From positions 27,342,001-27,406,000 of the forward strand of contig CM119376.1 in NCBI GenBank assembly GCA_051294905.1: a stretch of 64,000 nt of DNA, read 5' to 3'. Both the position numbers and the translations under genes were made by a program. Source of the DNA: Botryllus schlosseri. Its lineage: Eukaryota. Below the pieces are notes generated by a model. The model was not told the DNA's origin, did no database searches, and saw only the letters and a list, made by a program, of their open reading frames with translations. Shown piece by piece: positions 1 to 12,158 of the stretch (position 1 is its first letter; every line of letters starts with the position of its first letter).

Positions 1-186
1 GGGAGAGTGAACGATCGCGAAGCGCTTGAAGAAATCTTGACGCAAATATCTACGATACTTAAAAAGACAATGACACTGAACTGTATAATTTCCATGTCGT
101 GATGCACAAGGCCTAACAAGCGTCATTGAAGTGCCTTGAATTCATATTAATAATAATATTGTGCAAATATAAAATCAATAGCCACC

Positions 187-880
187 TTAAAACATAACAT
201 TTCGGGCTTTCGCCGAAACAAAATCAGCGATAATATCTTCAAATTCAAGTTTTTGAACGTAGTCTCTTTCTATAGACAGAGTGGATAGAGCTGATAGGCG
301 ATCATCATTCATGGCAGAACGTAAATACGACCTAATCAGTTTGAGCTTTGAGAAGCTCCTCTCACAGCTCGCATTTGAAACACCAATGGTCAGATAAAGT
401 TACAGACACGAGCATAAATACGGTGTCGGTTCAAGTAGCTTTGCATTAACTAACTACTGTAAGACATCAAACGCTGTTGCACTATACGATCAAACGTGGT
501 TTCACTGCTCCGCACCAGCGTCTTAAATCTGTCAATTTCCGCAGCCTACTTCATAAAGTCCACCTCGTCGTCATGAGTGCTTTTAAAAGCGCTGGTGAAT
601 AAATTGGGACTTTCGCTTTGCAGCAGCGCCTGGGGATTAAAAATCAAAACATATCATTTAAGTGGTGTATGCCGGTAAACCTAGTTTCAGCTTCAAGTTT
701 AAATCTGCTTCTGTATTTCTGCTTGTCTTGCTGCCTTCTTCTTTCTAAAGAAAGCTCCATCACTCTCTTGACACGTTTTATTTTCGAGTCTTAATTAACA
801 CTTGTATAAATTTAAGCGCAATCTGTCAATCTGACAATTATTACCATCTTAAGCAATTCCTAGGACTGGTTTATCTTCAC
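187..880 (-). pseudogene. Decayed hAT transposase C-terminal part (Tip100/ZMYM1-like group) with hAT dimerisation domain
   Basis: Minus-strand 399-187 reads LYLTIGVSNASCERSFSKLKLIRSYLRSAMNDDRLSALSTLSIERDYVQKLEFEDIIADFVSAKARNVMF*, the typical hATC motif. Upstream fragments (KIKRVKRVMELSLEEE, ETRFTGIHHLNDMF*FL, PQALLQ...DEVDFMK*AAEIDRF) carry stops and frameshifts. Confidence 0.9.
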
Positions 881-991
881 AGCTATCTCGGTCTGCTGTA
901 CCAAATCGTAACCCAGAGTATAGATCACTAACCTACGAATAGATGCACAACTTAGTTCTCACACTTGAATACGCAGACAAGCCTACTGCTG

Positions 992-1378
992 AGCCAGCTA
1001 AAAGCAGCATTATTTGTCTTGGTCATCCTATAGTTAGCAAGGCCCTCCGAGCGCTCAAATTTAACAATACTGATCTTAAAAGCTATTGGTGCCCCGATTC
1101 CGGAAATACAATTTACATGCTAGTCTGAAAATCGGCGTAGTTCCGAATAATCGCTCGATATAATTTCCATTATCATGGTCAATTGGTCATTGTGTTGCGA
1201 TTGTCAGGAACAACCGGCCATGACGGCTATTTCGGAGTGGCTCCATTGCCATGTTAACTTATTAATTTGTGTTTTCGGAATCAGCGCAACACTAGCTTTC
1301 GATTGAGACTAGTTTGATTAAATTTAACTCGCGGGACGCCAGCTATAGGACTACCAATTACGCTGCTTTTAGCCGGCT
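992..1378. repeat. Diverged inverted repeat pair, probably an old MITE
   Basis: agccagctaaaagcagcatta... (from 992) is the approximate reverse complement of ...gctgcttttagccggct (to 1378); similarity extends about 60-80 nt inward. No TSD found. Confidence 0.55.
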
Positions 1379-1379
1379 G

Positions 1380-1461
1380 GTGCAGCCTCATTTTGCCGCC
1401 CCCTTCGAGCCTGCCGCCCCTGGCGCAGAGCCAGAACCGCCAGGTGGCTGCTACGCCAGTG
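1380..1461 (-). mobile_element. Probable 5' terminus of the hAT element whose transposase remnant is at 187-880
   Basis: The minus strand begins cactggcgtagc (1461-1450), resembling CAGTGGCGTAGC hAT termini, followed by GC-rich ggggcggc subterminal repeats. Confidence 0.5.
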
Positions 1462-1589
1462 GGTACAGGTGTTGTTGGCTTGCTGGGTAGTCTCGATGAA
1501 TCAGTTTCGTGTCTGCAACCGACGTTAAGACATCTCTGCACTCTGAGGATCTAGTTGTCATTTTATTAGAGATTTACATGCGAACCCGC

Positions 1590-1690
1590 GGCAGGTTGAA
1601 CTTTCATGAACGGTACACAGTGGTGAACACGACCGTGAACAGTTGAACACGAACCTATGACGTCACACTGCTAAAAAACGCCATATTTCC
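1590..1690. mobile_element. Fragment related to the MITE at 9358-10346
   Basis: Repeated gtgaac/gaacac motifs followed by cctatgacgtca, the same motif order as 9400-9465. Confidence 0.4.
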
Positions 1691-4600
1691 GCGTGATGTA
1701 AAGTTTACAATGCTTAGGAACAGAGTAGATTTTATGTTACGCGATAATATGATATAGTTTCATTATGACGTTCAGCTGTACGATGACGATGGCGTCACAA
1801 TGACTTGATCCAAGATCAAGAGACAGACGCTTGGCTTGCTTAGTTTCCATGGTCCATATATGTAGAGACTTCAATCTCATAGCTATTCCGTCCATATTAG
1901 GTCCCTACTATATTCTTGGTCCTGCTTGGCTGGATAAATAAGAATCCGGATTGAATTTAGGGAATAGGCCTACAAGCCATTGTTCGTTAAAGTTAGGAAT
2001 ATATATATTAAAGCGCCTAGCCGTATTGCTTGTTGTCTGGAATGTCTGTATATAAGATATTGTCGAAGTATAGTAAAATGGTATGATAGTGATAGTTAAT
2101 AATGACAGTATGCTCGGTGCATTTCGTATGATGTCTCTTAGTGGGATGTGACAGATAAGAATTGTCCTAACATAAGATCATATAATAACTCACTGGCAAA
2201 ATTCCAATAAAGCTAATAGACTCAGTTCTTGGCGATCCGGAATGACTCGTGTTTCTCATCCAATATTGTATACTATAGGCTCATTCTATTGTTCACAGTT
2301 GTAATAGCGGAATATGTCAAGCAAAGTTACAGAAAATTGATATAGTTTTTGACTGTGCAAGGTTTGCCTTGACTTTACGAACGTGAACCGAATATTCGCT
2401 CTATCCCTCGTGTTTATCACCTACACCTACTTTGAAACCACAGACGGCAGTCTCAAAATCAGCGAAAATCGCAACGCATTTATCGGTTTCGTTTTGACAT
2501 CGCATATGGATCGAAAATGGATGTAGGCGCTTTACGGTAATTGCGTGCCACGCCTCGGGGAAATCAAAATATAATAATCATAGCCATTCGGCCAGCTATA
2601 CAACGTTGGTACGGTGGTTAGGTTATACTGCATTCAAGGATAGTCAGTAAGAATATACATTAATCAACTCTAGTCGTCGATCATTGATGTTTCAAGACAC
2701 GGCATACTACAAATATCCTCACCTCAAGACCACTGAACTAAGCGGGGATATTTGATATAGGCGGGGAACGTTATATGCCGCGATCACGATTTGGTTGTCT
2801 GATGAGCTGGGACTAATGAGAAGTGAATTTCCTCTTTACGTCAATTTACAGTTATACGCTCGTAAAGTTAACAAACTCTCGGCCGCGGCCGCGAGTTACG
2901 ACGTGTTTTTGCATCTCGGTAACCCATAAACAAAACACCATCGATTTTCACTCAATCCTCAGCGCAATCCTTCGAACCTAGCTCGTCACCTGCATAAAGG
3001 ATCACCGCGAACAGCCGCTATGACGGAATAGGAGTTGGAAATTCGTGACTTAACAGCAAACTTTGACCGCAATCCCTGCATCGTGTGAACTTGGCAAATA
3101 TCGCCCGAATCGATCCCATGCAGTGGAGTCGCGATTGCGAATTTTTCTACAACGTTGCAGCGTAGAGATTTTACCACTTGAGTTGCCGGTTGAAAGAGCG
3201 GAGCTCAGATAGCTTGTGGGTATTTAAGAGAAGAACCCTTCCCTGAGACCGGCTGGTCGTGAAGTTTTATATTAAACAGAAAAAAAAACTTCACATTATT
3301 CGCAAAAGATAATTAATTCGTAATTGCATTGGTCGAACGTTAGTATTCAAACGAGGTTTCCTTCAGAATGTCAAAAAGTTAAATCCTCTGCCGCGAATTG
3401 TATTTATTTTGTTATTTCATGTGCCTTGCTTTATATGGAATGAATAAAATACTTTGAAAATTATCCTATGTCCACGGGTTATCAGAAGATATTTTTGCGA
3501 TGAGCGATACGTTATCGCAGAATATCTATCGGTGATAAACGTCCGCACTGTAATTCGACTGAATTTGAGTTTCATCACGTTTCGTAACCCATCAACTCGT
3601 TTATTTTGGGTTATTTTTGGTGTTCACCCAATTTTGTTGGGCTATTTCCGTTCAACCGATTTCATGGGTCTACTTTAGATTCAGTAAGTTTATCGAGGTA
3701 TAGGGTCATTACAAAAAGCAAATCACATGACCGACAATAAGCACGGGAAGTATAGAGCACCGTGCAGAATGCCAACATGTAAGTGATCAAGAATCATTAG
3801 TGGATAATCGAAATTTGAGTTGGACTTGGATCCCTAGTATCTTAATCCTATTAAGGATTGTATTTGACTGTCATAACTATTGAGTAACTTCGGATACACC
3901 ACACCCGGAAAGTGTTCGTATTAATAAACCCGGTGAGGAATGCTTTTCTTCATTCTTGTGCGTACTTCAAAACGGCCGTTGCTATATTGATGACACTCTA
4001 CGAAGTCACAATCGTGTCAACATAGTAGTGCAATAACAAAGCAATAATACAAATCAATGCCAGAAGATTAGTAAGGCCATTGGAGGTGTGCCCGACTACT
4101 ACTTCTCGACAAAGCTATGAAAGACACCGACACAGTTGTGGCAGTTAATTGGAGGGAGTAGCCTTTCCTTTATGGGAACAAGATCATCAAACCTGCACAG
4201 TGCACACTGAACTAAGCATTTGTCTCATTGAATGTGACTGGTAATTATGTGTTTATTCATTCTGGTACTTAAAAAGACATGAAAATATTACCGTAATAAA
4301 CAAATATGCTGTAACGCAATGATGAATACATACAAATTTCATATTCACAATTAAAAAGTTTCATGAATAAGTAATGATTGCAATGATAATGATGAGCAAG
4401 CCATAGTAGCATTGAAAGGTTCCTTTTCCATGTTAGTATGAAGTATGATTATGTTTCCGCGATTCGATTTCCTTTGAAGGAGGTCACCTTCCGACTTTAC
4501 CTTACTCCACTGAACCAAAAACAACAAAAAACAAGAAAGTATGTAAGGCGTAGCCTGCGATATATGTACAGATATTTCCTGTCAATCCATCCTTAGTGTG

Positions 4601-5193
4601 ATCGAACAAAAGCACTAATATGTTAGGCACGGGGAATTAGAATCATGAAACACCCAAAGCAGGATAGGTACAGGTACGGTTAGACATGAGTTAATATCCA
4701 AGATTTGCTTAGCCACTGTTTCTCACACTTTTCTCCTTGGGACCCCACGAGCGGCAACAACACATGCATATTGTACATGGATGATATTTGACTGATAAAA
4801 GTCCTTTGAATGTAGACCCGATAATGCAGATATCAAGTTCCCTTTTCATTAAAAGTGTATTCAGTGGAACAAAAACCCACAATCACAAAAAACGAAGCGA
4901 TATATATACAATACAGTAGTCGCCTTTCAGAATATTCTTTCGACTAATCGGAATATTTAACATGCTCGGTATTGAAATGCTATGTTGTTCGTAGGGTATC
5001 ATTCTTTTTCAAATGGGGTAGCAACTCATAGTTTCCGAAGCCTTATGCAAATAAATGACACGAAATCATAATGTTCGTGTGAAGCTTCGTAACACCCATC
5101 TAACCCATTTCTCAAAGTTATAATAAATGATTTCCGTAGCATTTCGGAGCTGCTGTGATTGGTGGCGCAGAAACCAGAGTGGCTACGTTTTTT

Positions 5194-5199
5194 TTTATT
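5194..5199 (-). terminator. Candidate polyadenylation signal of gene 1
   Basis: AATAAA on the minus strand about 250 nt downstream of the TAG at 5453. Confidence 0.35.
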
Positions 5200-5452
5200 A
5201 GTATGCTTTTCGCATGTAGTAGTGTCAATATCATCGATCCTATTTATCATAAATGCATTTGTCAGACACTCGTCCTTCCTGACTTGTTTACTGAATGACT
5301 TGTTTTCATAGATGGAAACTAACTGCTAATCAGGACTTGATTGTATGATTTAAAATGTTGCACGCTTTCAGTTGCAGTAGACACCGTATTTTCGAAAATA
5401 CGACAGCGCACGTACGGAGAAAATGTCACAATGCTTACTTACGGTTTCTAAT

Positions 5453-8069
5453 CTAAGTCTGCCCGGCGTTGTCGGTGCTGTATGTTGTGCATTGACCTCC
5501 GTCCGTTTCTTCGACGCACGTCAATTGTGGCGGATTGTAAACGTAGGCAGTCGTACGTCCCGGGGCGTTCACGCATTTAGCTTCCTCAACGACTCCTGCA
5601 GTTTAAAAATAGCACAGAAGAAATTCGAGAGAGTAGGTTCTGCGTCATTTACCAGCGACACATTTGTAGTACGTTCCGTCGGCGCAGTCCTCTGCTTTAG
5701 TAAAGCTCACTCCGTCGAGTGGTTCGCCGCTTGGATCTGTGCAGTCCATAACATCGGTCTGCAATGGAAATATCCATGAAATATGACTCTGCGATTTACA
5801 TTTTACAACAGTCGTCAAAGACAAGCAAATCGAGTACAACCATAAAGCTCAGAGAATTATCAAGAAGGCACCAATGATCATCATACATGAATAATGAATA
5901 TACTATACTGGCTGACTAAAATCAATATAGGTCTCCCAATGTCGCATGATAAGTCTTTAAAACTTTTAGTTAGGATATTTATAATTGCGATATTTCGAAA
6001 CCTTGAGAGGCTCGCTCGCAATATCAACTAAGCGAAGTTCAGGCGGACATATTTACGACTCATTCCTAACTTCCTTGACAGTATTTATGGGACCTCGCCA
6101 GCTGCCTGCAGTGTTGATAGTTACCGTTAAACAAGCGTCGACGTTGCTGTACCAGTCGCACAGCGTTGTTTCAGGATTATAGACAGTTCCTGGTGCGCAG
6201 TCCCTTTTAATCCCTTCGCCTGTAATGTTGAATATGGATATCGGTGACAACTTTATAATAGATGTATTTTTGATTAAGTGCTTACCATGCACATACTGAC
6301 AATATGTTGAATAACATCCAGGCCCAACAGGGTACCTCTCTCCTTCTGAAACCCCGTGTGCATTGCCGCAATCTGACCAGAAGAACAAAACTACATTTAC
6401 TAAATTTACTCATTACATTTACTTATTATTGAATTTGTTGGTCTACGGTAACATAGACGGTATCATAGGCGACCTTTTTTAGTCAACACAGAATTTTTGA
6501 AAAGTGTCCTCTTTTTACTGATCTCAAAATATGATAACCCTACGGTAACAGTTCCAGAGCTTGCAATCAATTATGATATTTGCCATCGTCTTGAAAATAC
6601 CAGCGCATAGCCAGTAGGACGGAGCGGATCGACAAATTCTTTGGTCCTACTCCGATCCTGTTTTTTCAAGTTATGGTCCGACTCATTTAGGACGGATTCT
6701 AGAAATGACCGTGATCCGGTCCGAAAAACCTCGATAATAATTTATCTATTCACAGGATGGTATTGAATATCGATTAAAACAGTGCAAATAGGAATTTAAA
6801 AGCTCAAAGATCAAACCCAACCTATAGCTGTATTAATTGTGCCAACTTGGACTTTGGATGTCGTTTATTCCCATGAACGTTTTAGTTTCACTAGTGATTC
6901 GAGGGTGAAAGAGGGTAAGGCTGCCGTATTCTTATAAAAAAGTACTGATCCGGCTCCGACCCAACTCCAGCCGTATTAGAAAAAGTACAGATCCGGCGCC
7001 GAACGGGCTCCGACCACAAATGATAAAATCCGACCGGATATCCAATCCGGCTCCGGTCCATGCTCCGCCCTAATAGCCAGATGGACATACGTTTGATTAA
7101 TGTGGTTACATGCTGCCAGTATCTTGCCATATATATCGATTAAATGTATACCTGACGGATATAAAGAACTCGTCGGTGAAGGCGTAGTTGTTGTTGTCGT
7201 GGTGCTTCTGGTAGTACTGGTCGTAGTGGCAGTGGTCGTTGTGCGTGGTTTGGTAGTTGTAGAAGGTTTACGGGTTGTAGTGGTAGTGGTGGTAGGAGTC
7301 GTCGTAGATTGTGTGGTAGTTGTCGTTGTCGGTTTTTCCGTTGTCGTCGTCGTTGTTGTTGTTGTTTTCATCGTTGTCGTTGCTAAAGTCGTAGTGGTTG
7401 GCTTGGTTGTAGTAGTCGCAATAGTCGTAATAGTAGGCGAAGCATCATCTCCAGGGTATCCACTGCTTGGACTCTTGCTGGACCCGCTCTTAGAACTACT
7501 AGGACTCTTACTTGATCCGTATTTCGAGCTTTTCGGACTCTTGCTTGATCCGTATTTAGAGCCCTTCGGACTCTTGCTTGATTTACTTTTCGGGCTGTCA
7601 GGACTTTTGGGAGATTCCGATTTCGAGCCTTTCGTCGTTCCAGTCCCGGGGGAACTGGGACTTTTTCTAGATTTTGAGTCATACCGACTGGAACCGTCTT
7701 TGGATCCGGATTTCGATTTACCGGTAGTCTTAGAAGATTCCGTATCGTAGCGGCCGGGACTTGACGCTGTTTCGTCCGGACTTTTCGAACTTTTAGGGCT
7801 TTTGGTCGACTTTTTCTTAGAACCGCTGCGACCCTTAGTTGACTCGGATCTTAAACTTTTCGATTCAGACCGAGACCGTTTAAGTCGATATAATTTGGGA
7901 CTACTGTCTAAGGCGTCCGCTTCATCGCACAGTTGTGATGTGCGATAAGCTTCGCTAACTGATTAGAACACAAGTATTAGTTAATGATGCCATGTATCAT
8001 GGAAGAATATGCTTTATTACCCATAGTCACGAAGACCAAAAACAGTATCATTGCAATTTGAAGTTTCAT
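5453..8069 (-). CDS. Secreted mucin-like chitin-binding protein (peritrophin/CBM14 x2), paralog 1, 428 aa
   Basis: Exons 8069-8021, 7958-7152, 6372-6286, 6219-6125, 5758-5653, 5595-5453; all GT-AG and phase-consistent (1287 nt). Signal peptide MKLQIAMILFLVFVTMVSEA; RLKR at 7887-7876; Ser/Lys-rich then Thr-rich region. Domain 1 is C-x17-C-x4-C-x11-C-x12-C-x8-C with VYNP..CDW; domain 2 is C-x18-C-x7-C-x9-C-x18-C-x8-C. Confidence 0.92.
6471..6542. mobile_element. Terminal fragment of the gaggac/gtcctc MITE family (cf. 14519, 52874)
   Basis: gaccttttttagtcaac...gaaaagtgtcctc...atatgataacccta matches the end of 14519-14834. Confidence 0.6.
6615..7072. mobile_element. Non-autonomous hAT-type MITE in intron 2 of gene 1
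   Basis: TIRs taggacggagc / gctccgcccta; perfect 8-bp TSD ATAGCCAG at 6607-6614 and 7073-7080; internal tccg/ctccg repeats. Confidence 0.9.
7461..7585 (-). repeat. Coding 30-nt tandem repeat (S-S-K-S-P-x-x-S-K-x-G-like, 4 units) in gene 1
   Basis: ggactctt(g/a)ct recurs at 30-nt spacing; translation SSKSPKGSKYGSSKSPKSSKYGSSKSPSSSKSGSSKSPSSG. Confidence 0.85.
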
Positions 8070-9015
8070 CTTGTGCAACTTGGTCGTCCCGATGCCTCCA
8101 GAAAAAATAATCACTTACAACTGCTATTATTACTTTATATTATAATCAATCTATTCAATTCAAGTTTGCAGCAAACAATAGCAACTTTTGAAATTTAACC
8201 GACACTATATAAAATTACCCTAAATATATTCAATTTCACTCTAAACTGACCATAACGTGTACTTACTCCTTGCCAACTGAGACGTTAAATGCCATACGAG
8301 CGAAGTTGCATCAGTAACCTTGTGACTGTTAAACAGTGAGATTTTCTTGGTACATATTTGCTTTGATGGAATTTATTACCAATTGAAGACCGACTGTTGA
8401 TCAAGATGTTTGAAGCTCATATGTGTTGTTGGGAGTGGCTCCGTGACAAAATTGAGCAATGGATTTACAGCGTAGTTATAAAATCCATAATGTGCTATTT
8501 ACTATAATATATCGCGGGTTAGCGAAGGAACTGCAATATTGCTTATAATTTCATGCCTAAGAGAAGAACCATATATTCGCGAATACTTGACATGTGTGAT
8601 CTATAAAGATTATATGCGTTGTAATGAGTTGCATTGGCCTAATTTTTAACTCAGGCGTACTCGGCCTTCTTCATACCGTGTCCCTCTTTGAAAGTTTTGA
8701 AAAAAGCAATGCCCCCCTATATTTTAAAATTGAGAAACGTTTGTAATGTACAAAACTGGTTTATACATTACCCGGTACATAGAATGATAAAATAATATAA
8801 ATCCAACACGCAATAAAGATGATAGTGCAATAATCAGTTAATACATTTTCAGTTGGTGCGATGGTGGTGTGAAGAGTAAGTCGCATGTCATATTGAATAT
8901 CCAATAAGACACTGCGTCGCTTTGTCTTCGGAAGTATAACATTGTTGAAAACTCACATAACAATATTTCCTGACAAAGTTAACAGCATTGGTATGAAAAT
9001 TCCATTAACCTAGGA

Positions 9016-9090
9016 CAGTGGTTTTCAACTTTTTTGTCGTCGCGCACCCGTTTTAGACCGCCACGGGCCCCGCAATTTCCCTTAGCTTTT
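9016..9090. mobile_element. Solo left end of a Charlie-like hAT MITE
   Basis: Starts cagtggttttcaactttttt, like the termini at 46962/48108 and 40843; no matching right end found. Confidence 0.5.
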
Positions 9091-9357
9091 AGTTCAAATT
9101 TCGATCAATTATCGTGCAACCGTCATCTGTCTTATGCAAATATTAACGGCATAGGCTAGTGATAAACCGCAAGAGGATGACGTTTTTGTAAATAACATCT
9201 TACGCCATGTAGAAATTGGACACGATTTTATTATTTCGAAGCGAATTCTGCAACTGCATTTCTTGAAATATGTTGTAGTGCCTTGTAAATCCGCGCCTTC
9301 GATTTGATATGAACGAGTGCCGAAAATCCATTTCCACAAAGATAGGTGGAGGCGATT

Positions 9358-10346
9358 TAGGGATGGTGTGAACCTCTGAAAGGTTCAAGTTCGTGTGAAC
9401 GCAAACCTTTTTGAAAGGTTCTGTGTGAACGCGTACGTGAACCTCATGACGTCATGTGACGTCATATTGCTAATTTCAACCCTATATTTCAATGACGTGA
9501 TAGCCTATATTAATGTTCACGATACCTAGCGACGACTCGGGCCACATAATGCCACAATGCTGAAGTACATATTGATGATTTAAAAGTCGCTAAATGTATC
9601 AACTGATGCAATCAAATGATATAATAATCCCATAAAATCAATATCTTCCGTCGCATTGCCAACAATTTCGACGAGGACTTGACAGCGAATATAAGCTTAT
9701 GCCTTAACGGTCTAGGCCATACCGGACAATGTATTCGGCGTCTGAGTGTTGCTACATGGATATTGAGCAGAGTGTAAAACGGGTTTCTATACTTGCTACC
9801 GATATTACCCCATTAACAAGTTATACAGCAGTAGCCAACACCCCAATAGCTCGGATTTTGTTTTTATGATACATTAAGATCTCCCTGTACAAGATTGACC
9901 CTGTACGCCTGCTAGATTTTTACATCAGAAAACGATATAAATCTCATTGATTGCATGGTTGAATGAGCATCATTCGCTGACTACATAGTGTATTTCGCTC
10001 TTGATGTTGTGTGATTGCGGGTCAAGCTCACAGCAGAGAGTCACTTAATATTCCCAAACGGAAAGCCAGATATTTCGAGAAAGCTTTTCTAACAAATCAA
10101 GTAACATTTTTGAGATTGTCAAGGTGCATGCTCGTTTAGTGTTGATTGTTCATGCTGCCAGCGCCATGCCGCAGTTGAAATGCAATAAATTTGAACCAAA
10201 TATGTTATAATGAAGTGAAAATTGTAATGTATGAAAAAGGTTCACAGTGCAGAACCTACCTAGGTTCTGTTGTGAACGCGAACCTCAAAATTTCCGAGGT
10301 TCACACACAGAACGCGAACGTGAACCTCACCTTCACACCATACCTA
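9358..10346. mobile_element. Non-autonomous hAT-type MITE between the two mucin paralogs
   Basis: TIRs tagggatggtgtgaa / ttcacaccataccta; TSD AGGCGATT vs AGGCGAAT (7/8); gaac-rich subterminal repeats at both ends. Confidence 0.85.
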
Positions 10347-11592
10347 AGGCGAATGTAATAATAACGGGTAACTGTTCCGACGACATCTTTGGGTATGATC
10401 GCAACAGATATGACACACAAAAAAGAAACAGATTTTTTAAATGAATATATCACGTCCAGCCTAGTCATTTCCATCCAGCAGCTCATCTTGAAGTTATTCT
10501 GGAATAATGGATTTTATGTATGGATCTCGTGGCGCGGTTTCAATTGCTTTATCGGAACAGATTAGATAAAAACTTCGGAAACTATCAATCCAAACGATTG
10601 TCAATTAATTTGTCGAGACTGACTACTTCAAATCCTAAATAAAAAGTAGTAAGTAGTAAGGTCAATCAGGGTGAATTCGAAATGTTTTTTTTACCATATA
10701 TACCCAATGGCTTCAAATTCGATATTGGTTCGCTCGTTACCAATTCGTCTGCCATCCATCAAGTTTAGTGGAGCATAGAAGGTTCTCCTTCAAATGAATC
10801 GAATAAACTCTAAGTTAGTGCCACTGACAATCTGATGGTGCATCAATATTTGAGAACTATATTCAACGCCGTGCATGTCGTGCACTATACAAGTCAGTAA
10901 CCAATTATACTGCAAGCTCGCAAGTGTCGTTGCACGGCACTTCAAGAACACGAGAAGAATCAATACACGAATGAATACGACAAGAATGAATACACAAAAT
11001 TGATTAGAAATTGGAAAGCGCGCATACAATCACTAATTGCCCTCTTATATTCAACACCAGGGCAGGGTTCGGACACCGCATTGACTAGCTCGCATCGCGG
11101 CAATTGTATGCTACATACAGACTATAATAGCGATATGGGCTGCTTCGGTGCATTTCCCTATATTTACGTTCGCAAATCGTTACTGGAGTAAACGATCGTG
11201 CGCTTGAATGAATTTCAATTCATAGGCAAAAACGTAAGCCCCGATAACACACTATCCAATTTGGCGCTACGATTAGAAGCTATCGACGAAGAACGTGCAC
11301 TTGCTCGTCCAATTCAGAAAGGAGACAATGCTTCTCGGCGTGCGACATGAGTAAACAATAAACCTGTGTGGACATGTGCGGCAAGGTCATGGTTATATCC
11401 TATGGCGTCGCTTTTATATTCGTCTCATTACCAATTAGGTATATTGCTCATCTCACAGAAGCATCAATCCCGTTTTGTGACATGCATGGTTTTCATTATT
11501 TTTCGAACCACACAATTAGCCATTACGATCTACGAATTTGAGGGTATAGGTATGCCCGTAATACAGTATTTACGGAGTGCTACTGTTCATAC

Positions 11593-11716
11593 AACCAGCT
11601 CCAGTTCCGACTCCGGTTCCTCTTGAATTTTATGTAGAGATCCGGCTCCAGCTCCGCTGAAAATCCACGGCTCCGGAGCTCTGGCTCCTTGCTCCAGCTC
11701 CGGCTCCAAAGCCCTG
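11593..11716. mobile_element. MITE right-end fragment with (g)ctcc(g/a) repeats
   Basis: Arrays of ggctcc/agctcc ending in aaagccctg; flanks gttcatac / gttcttac could be a degraded TSD; left TIR absent. Confidence 0.55.
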
Positions 11717-11985
11717 GTTCTTACGACGACAAAAAAGCCCAGAAAAAGACCCGATGAGAGAACGCACTCACAAGGAATGAAGCGAGAAGAAAAGAGCCGC
11801 GAAATAGAGATTAACGTCGAAAAAGAACTGTGACATCGGGTACTATAGGTCGAGTTGGATGCCAGTTTAAGAGACTTGTCGTTCGGCATCCTGATATCTG
11901 TTCACTACATCGCATTGTGTGTCTTGTTCAGATGGAAATATAATCTGACGATTATCAAGATACATTGCTATCAAAAGGTGTGTAT

Positions 11986-11991
11986 TTTATT
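11986..11991 (-). terminator. Candidate polyadenylation signal of gene 2
   Basis: AATAAA on the minus strand about 170 nt downstream of the TGA at 12159. Confidence 0.4.
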
Positions 11992-12158
11992 CATCTGTTT
12001 TGATTATGAATTATACATACATCATAAGGCAACATTTATATTACATGTTTGAATCATTACAGTATCGGATTATGAGATTAATTTGCTGAATGTATAACGC
12101 GAAACCGCAGAATGCTACAAATTCAATTTTGCATTGTCGATCACAGCGCAGTGCTCGT

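Noticed and set aside
5026-5250. 74-aa ORF with NKKKRSH as a possible basic tail exon of gene 1
   Set aside because: It needs read-through of the TAG at 5453 and a weak acceptor, and it contains the candidate polyA signal.
7100-7750. 216-aa Val/Leu-rich plus-strand ORF that looks like a membrane protein
   Set aside because: Antisense shadow of the Thr/Ser codons of gene 1 exon 2.
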